From positions 1,178,001-1,242,000 of the forward strand of contig OZ374559.1 in assembly GCA_977862235.1 (NCBI GenBank): DNA of 64,000 bases, in the 5' to 3' direction. Origin of the DNA: Dudresnaya verticillata (lineage: Eukaryota). The position numbers and the translations under genes were made by a program. How positions within the stretch are numbered: the first letter of the stretch is position 1; each line of letters opens with the position of its first letter. Of this stretch, positions 60,523 to 64,000 are shown one piece after another. The notes below the pieces were generated by a model. That model ran no database searches and was not told where the DNA came from. It saw only the letters and a program-made list of their open reading frames with translations.

Positions 60523-63262
60523 TCTTTTTTGTCTTCTTGTTCGAAGGAAGGAGATACTAGCTCAGTTTATTCGTGCTGGTGGAAACAGAACAACTGAGGT
60601 TGGGTATGATCAACACCGTGTATGCGTGTGCCGTTAGTGTGTGTATGAAGTTGCGTAGTGGCCGTGGTGGGCGTGATGGTCGACGTGTGCTGCTATGGGT
60701 GCTGTGGTTTATAGAGACCCAGATCCGTCGTACATTGAGTACGAAAGTGTACGGCAATGTACGACAGGTGTAGCTGTACAGCCCATTCTAGGTGTATGAC
60801 TCGGTGAATCCTTAGGATCAGATGGCATTGTGCACCTGACAAATCACCCGGTTGGGGCTGCGCGACTAACAGACAGTATGTGTGGGTGTATCAAAAAGTT
60901 TTCGGGATGGCGGGAAATTGCGTCGTACACTGGCATGATCACGCAGCGTCAAAGCCGGTCGCGCGAAAATCACCCGAGTACCTCGGGCTGGACTTCGGGC
61001 CGAGGTCCAATGGCCCACGGGAAAGGTCCCATATGCCGGTGCAGGGCCGGTGCAGGGCGCACTGAGAGCCCGGGGCACAGTCCCAACCCAAATTGCTCGC
61101 ATAGCAACATACTGAGAGTAAAATTGGATGATAACAGAGTGCAACTGGACCAAGAGAATGGAGCTGATCTGAAGGTTTCGGGCATGCTGGAAAAAGTGCT
61201 TACCTCGCAAGGGCCCGGAAACTCGATTAGAATGGCTTCCATGCATATAGTTCCTACTAGGCGCGTGTCAGTTTAGTGCTTAACATTGAGCAATGGTTCG
61301 GTTGTTTTATTCCAAGTTTGGTGATCCTTCAGAAATATGCATTGAATACCAGCCTCTCGTGTACCACAGTATCCTGGGAAACGTTCAAAACGTGGTATAG
61401 ATGCAAATCTTGTCGCTACTCGAAAGAAGGGAATGTGTGCTTGACAGGGCATTGCAATTCATGGAAAACGTCATTCCATGGGCAGTAATTTCCTAGCTTG
61501 GATCCGATTAAGATGCCCAAACATAAGAGGAACATGGTCCGCGTACGTGTGATGGAGATTGGTAGTTTGGTTATGTCCGACTTGCCTGCATTATTTGAAT
61601 ATCATTTGATCACTCTTTAGGATTCTAAACCTTAAAAGCATGGACTGCAGATTGTATCCTGCCGACCTCTTTATGCCCCGCATGACGAGATCACTTTCCA
61701 GTCCACTTTGAAGGTCAAGAAATCATAAGTTACCCTACAAGTCGACCTACAAAAATAATAGTACTTCGTTATTTTGTAAAATCGCACAAGACAAGCCATT
61801 CAGACTTATGCTACTAGTTTCCTCCTTACAGTTTCGACGTTTTATTATTATGCTGTTTAACATGTTCCCCTACGCATTATTATTTAATTTAATTTAGAAT
61901 TTTATGCTTGTCAGTCCAACAGAAATATCTGCCGCTCCCCGGAAGAGAAGTTTCGTAACAAAATAGAGTTAGAAAACTTTGTGAAGAAAGGGGAGGTCCT
62001 TGGCTCCAGTCCTGAGAATATAGAAATCCCTCAGAGAGCCTTGCGGAGATTGAAACTTTAGATACCCCAAAAAAGAAGTTATATCCAAAGGAGAAGGGCA
62101 TATCCTGGTAGTACACTGCTATGATAAAAATGGAAGGCTTTGTGTTGGAGAATATTAAGGCACATAAAATGGAATAAATAAATTAGCTATTCGCCCTTAA
62201 TTTTCTTGAAATATGCATCATTGATAAGTTTGTGGACTCTGCAGAAGGGAAATGGAGAGCTTTCCAGAAGGTTAAACTCTTAGACAGAAAGATGTATTGT
62301 GGTGAGAAGCAAGTACTAATATCAATTTCCGACCACAGCTGAATGTTCGCCTTATTTTCCTAGGCCCTGTCATCTAGTTTTGGGCAGGCGACCGAAGTCT
62401 TTTGGTGCTCATACGTGTCATTCCTTCTGTTCAGGTCACAATTGCAACGTTTCAAAACTTGATCAGTTCCAGAATTTATCTTCTATGAGAAGCATCTGGC
62501 TACAAATAGACAACACACTGCTATCTGTATGCTTCTGAACAACTATTGTTTTATTATTTTATTTTTCTATAATAGCATTGGAATAAGTTTTAGGTAGTTG
62601 TCCGACTCCATTAGGAGCTTGAGAAGTATTTTTATCCTCCGAGTGGAATCAAAACTTTTCCGGGAGTGATGTCTATTCCCTGACTTCGGGTTTCGAACTT
62701 TCAATCTTCCACGTCTTTGTGGGGGTCCAAAATGGCAAAAACCCCAAAACAGCATGTTTTGGCTAGGTCATTTCCAACTTCACTCCATCTGGTTTCGAGC
62801 TTGGAGTAATATATGAAGGCAGTTTTTTCGTGCTGGATAAGGTGCTCAGATCCAAACCATTCCTTGTGGAGGTATAATTTTTATGTATGTGCTTGTTTCA
62901 CTTATATTGGCATACTCTACGCTTTAAAACTATTTCTCTGATGCTACCGAATGTTCATAATAAAGGATCATGCATTCAATACTCGAGAATCTTCGGTAGC
63001 GGAGGTGGAAGAAATATATTATTTCTCAGATGGGCAGGGGATGTTCAATTATGTGTGCTACATGTTCTAATGATAACGAAGTTCCTTTTATATATGAGCT
63101 ACGGAAGTTGTTGAGTATGCGGTTTTGCTTTCGGCTGCAAGGTCCACAGCTGAGTTTCCTGATAGATCGCAAGACCTTCAAGAGGTCTTTCTGGAGGTAG
63201 ATATGTGACCAAGCTTGATTTTCGGTTATGTTCCGGTGGGAGCTGTTTCAAGAGCCTCTCTT

Positions 63263-63438
63263 TTTCGCCGACATCTGAGAAACTATCTCTCCTCACCCAC
63301 CTCACCTCTCTTGTACTTCAATCTGTCGCGGTGGCTGATAACTGCCGTGTACTCTTCGACCGTCGCCTTTCAGGTGGGTTTTAGGTAAGCCCCCTTACGG
63401 GGCTATAGTCGTTCCTATGCATAAAGGTCTCCATCTCT
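63263..63438 (-). repeat. Diverged inverted copy of 39381-39555
   Basis: Shared AGAGATGGAGACCTTTAT, GCCCCGTAAGGGGGCTTA, GATTGAAGTACAAGAGAGGTGAGGTGGGTGAG. Confidence 0.8.
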
Positions 63439-64000
63439 TTTTCGGCTAGCATCTCGCTGAATAAAGTGATCTCTCTCTTTTTTTCGGCGGAGGAACATAT
63501 GAACAGAAATGCAAGGTTTTAGACAGTATTCGTTCTAACAAAGCCATCGATATATACTGCTAACAGAATCCATACTGAACTACTTTCCAGAACATGGCGG
63601 TAACATATGGTTGTTGACAGATTTTGAATGAGTGTGTTTGAGTTGGGGTACATTGCAGACAAACACCACAAAAGTGAGGGTACGGGCCGGAGGCAAGGCA
63701 ATGCTGCACATCACTCTCTACTCCCGAATGGCAGGTGATTTATGTGAGTACCGGGTAGGCTGAAGTAGTATCACAGTAAAACGAAGGCGGCAAAAGAGAA
63801 GGACGGGATGATGTATAAAGTTTGGTTCGGACGCGAAGACGGGAAAGGCCGGATTTTTTTGCAAGAAAAGCTACGAGGTGAAGAGAGCAAGATGAAGAAT
63901 AGGACGAGGAAGACGTATAAGTTACAAAGGGGGCTTGCAGTCGCAGTCTGCCACAGAAAAGGAAATGAATACTTTATTTGCTAATGCAGTGATCACATCG

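Overview
Eukaryotic, repeat-rich window. The intronless genes and the transposon mix suggest a red alga, but that is inference. The backbone (1-54 kb) is an array of six near-identical intronless genes for a 243-aa secreted protein of unknown function (orientations +,+,-,+,-,+) plus one divergent paralog, built from direct and inverted duplications and showing mosaic sequences. Inserted into it are: two full-length tyrosine-recombinase (YR) retrotransposons (DIRS/PAT-like ORF1, RT/RNase H/methyltransferase, YR); a solo remnant of a third YR family; a chromodomain Ty3/gypsy element nested in the first YR element; an internally deleted Ty3/gypsy element; a CRE-like non-LTR element; and a hAT transposon. 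The last 10 kb is mostly decayed sequence with an interrupted Dcp2-like Nudix gene. The most unusual signal is the terminal architecture of the YR elements: A1-ORFs-A2-unique tail, with neither DIRS inverted termini nor a PAT/Ngaro-type B repeat. In three divergent families a perfect antisense G3N1G3N1G3N1G3 quadruplex motif sits at the repeat/tail boundary, bracketed by a family-specific 17-18 nt direct repeat. All three also have terminal hairpins and insert at TTT(T/C)CA without a conventional TSD, and both full-length RTs carry WxDD instead of YxDD.
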